NCBI RefSeq assembly: GCF_001194135.2
Contig: NC_068988.1
Coordinates: forward strand, 42,862,470 to 42,924,841
Direction of reading: 5' to 3'
Origin: Octopus bimaculoides
Lineage: Eukaryota
DNA: 62,372 nt
Position numbers and translations under genes: made by a program. Shown here one piece after another: positions 60,395 through 62,372 of this stretch (position 1 is its first letter; the number at the start of each line of letters is the position of its first letter). The notes under the pieces were generated by a model. The model did no database searches, was not told where the DNA came from, and was given only the letters and a program-made list of their open reading frames with translations.

Positions 60395-60948
60395 AGATTT
60401 GTATGTTTTATGTATGTATTCTCATGCATATAGTTCATATCTAGACATGCTCATATATATTTAAATGATTGACTTCTGGAAAGTTTTACAGATTTTTACA
60501 ATTCCAGTGATGGATTGGATCTGTAGTCTTCGAGTTAGCTTTCTCCTTTCTGGTTTTGAGAAGCCTAATTTCTCAAGATTGGTATTTAAGCAGTTTGTTA
60601 CATATCCTAAGGCCGCAATAATTACAGGTATAAACCTGAACTTGTAATCTGGATAGAGTAACTGCAGATTCCTCAATAGTTCAGCATAGGTGTTCTCTTT
60701 TCCACTGATCTTCAGCTTTATGTTAACACCTGCTGGGTAGCTAATTTCTACGGCTGTGCACAGTTTCTCTTCTCTATTCCAAATCACAATATCAGGTCTG
60801 TTGTGCTTACATTTTATTGAGGTCTTCACAGGTACATTCCACCAATATTCCTTTTTATTATGAGTGACTATGGCTTCTACCATATTATGGGTTCTTATTT
60901 CTTTGGCCTCGGGATTATCCTTCCAACGGATTTCATTATAGAGTGCCC
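60395..60948 (-). mobile_element. 5'-truncated R4/Dong-like non-LTR retrotransposon (RLE domain, stop at 60461)
   Basis: Open frame WWNVPVKT..HNRPDIVIW..VEIS..KENTYAEL..LYPDYKFRFIPVIIAALG. Confidence 0.9.
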
Positions 60949-61046
60949 TATGTATGTATGTATGTATGTATGTATGTAGGTATGCATGCATGCATGTATG
61001 TATGTATGTATGTATGTATGTATGTATGTATGTATGTATGTATATG
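60949..61046. repeat. (TATG)n microsatellite
   Basis: Directly visible. Confidence 0.95.
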
Positions 61047-61250
61047 CATGTTTCTATATATGTATGTGTGTGTGTATATATACATGTATGTATAGATAGT
61101 GTATGTGTGTGTATGCGCGCGCGTGTGTATATATAGAGAGAGAAAGAAAGGGAGAGAGAGAACACAATGCACAAATAATCCTGCTTACATATATTACACG
61201 CACACAAACACACTCATACACGCACACACATACATACACATATATAAAGT

Positions 61251-61570
61251 GCAAGCGTGGCTATGTGGTAATAAGCTTGCTTCTCAACATGGAATCTTAG
61301 CCGACCCAAGCCTTGTGTGTGTGTGTGTGTGTGTGTGTATTTTGTATGTTTGCATTTGTGTGTGTGCATTATTGTATTTGTAACCAACCACTATTTGACA
61401 ACTGGTGTTGGCTTGTTTACGTTCCAGCTTGATAAAAAGCGTCAGACAGAATAAGTACCAGGCGTAAAAATAAGTGGTGCGAACGATTTGTACAGCTAAA
61501 GCCCTCAAGGCGGTGCTCTAGCTTGGCTGCAGTCCATTGACAGAAACAAGTGAAAGATAACAGATAAAAG
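61251..61570 (+). mobile_element. SINE-B copy with internal deletions
   Basis: Head GCAAGCGTGGCTATGTGG, tail GGCGGTGCTCTAGCTTGGCTGCAGTC. Confidence 0.8.
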
Positions 61571-61669
61571 ATACACATACATACATAAAAATGAGGGTAA
61601 TGAAAATATCGAGCCATCGGCACGCTGGGCCGGTTATTGATCTCCCATTTACATGAGCAGCAAAGATGC

Positions 61670-61843
61670 TACTGAACGTAACGTTATGGTCAAAAGTAAA
61701 GCATTGGTGCGATCGCTAAATCCAATTGCTGAATCCTCTTTGGAAAAATTTAGGTGTACATACTTTCTTCATAAATACTTTCACCTCGTCTGTGTCAACC
61801 AAATCGTTGTCTCCGAAAACTGTACTTCATTGAATCGAAGAAG
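61670..61843 (-). mobile_element. Second mariner transposase C-terminal fragment
   Basis: FFDSMK..TDEVKVFMKK..FFQRG..W, similar to the mariner C-terminus. Confidence 0.5.
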
Positions 61844-62341
61844 TATGTATATGTATGTGTGTATGTATTGAGAGAAGTAACTCAGAGTGGCCAGTGACAC
61901 GTACATATATTGGACAAGTATAGTAATATCAAATAACATACAGCATAAATTCTTGAATTATTGGGGCTATCTCCATCTCCAAAGGACGTGCCCCAGTTAC
62001 CAAATGGTAGCTAAGACCAGCTCCATATTAGGAGAAATAATCTCAACAAATAAGAACATCTCCAAATTGATATGCCATAAAAAATAAAAAATAAACAAGA
62101 TACACTCACGTGCAACCACACATATTCGATATTTATATTTTGTTCGTTCGGTCATTGGACTGAACGAAAATCGATCCAATTACTTATTCTATCGGCATCT
62201 TTTGCCGAACCTCTACGTTACGGAGAACATAAGCAAACTAACACTCTCAATGGTCTCCAACAATCCATCAACGTCGTTGACTGTTCGCCAATAAATCAAG
62301 CTGTTTCTGAAAAACGGAGACAAAAATCGACAATTTATCTC

Positions 62342-62372
<31 letters not shown>

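Noticed and set aside
60949-61213. N-terminal 90 aa of the 250-aa ORF 60461-61213
   Set aside because: Microsatellite read-through (HTYI repeats); only 60461-60948 is retrotransposon coding sequence.

Overview
AT-rich animal genomic scaffold, most likely from an octopus (coleoid cephalopod). That assignment comes from my recollection of the SINE families and is not verified by search. The assembly is short-read style: both ends and most N-gaps are flanked by (TA)n/(TG)n. There is one clear protein-coding gene, on the minus strand: a ~9.5-kb uninterrupted ORF (ATG 19281 to TAA 9820, 3153 aa). It encodes a mostly low-complexity Ser/Asn/Lys-rich protein with two AT-hooks, a polyproline tract and four C-terminal C2H2 zinc fingers. 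The rest is a dense transposon landscape: several tRNA-derived SINE families, hAT/Mutator-like/Tc1 MITEs, a decayed mariner, a decayed Helitron RepHel plus two non-autonomous Helitrons, and LINE remnants (APE-type, CRE-like, R4/Dong-like). The most striking observations are: (1) a ~350-bp palindrome at 28.1-28.46 kb carrying two outward-facing hammerhead-ribozyme-like folds with a variant core; (2) the giant single-exon ZNF and its unresolved 5' end; (3) a piece of its CDS duplicated 1.8 kb upstream; (4) a recent 245-bp inverted duplication; (5) a head-to-head SINE hairpin and an inferable AATATT target preference. No rRNA, true tRNA genes or CRISPR arrays were found. All alignments were done by eye, and repeat boundaries without TSDs are approximate.
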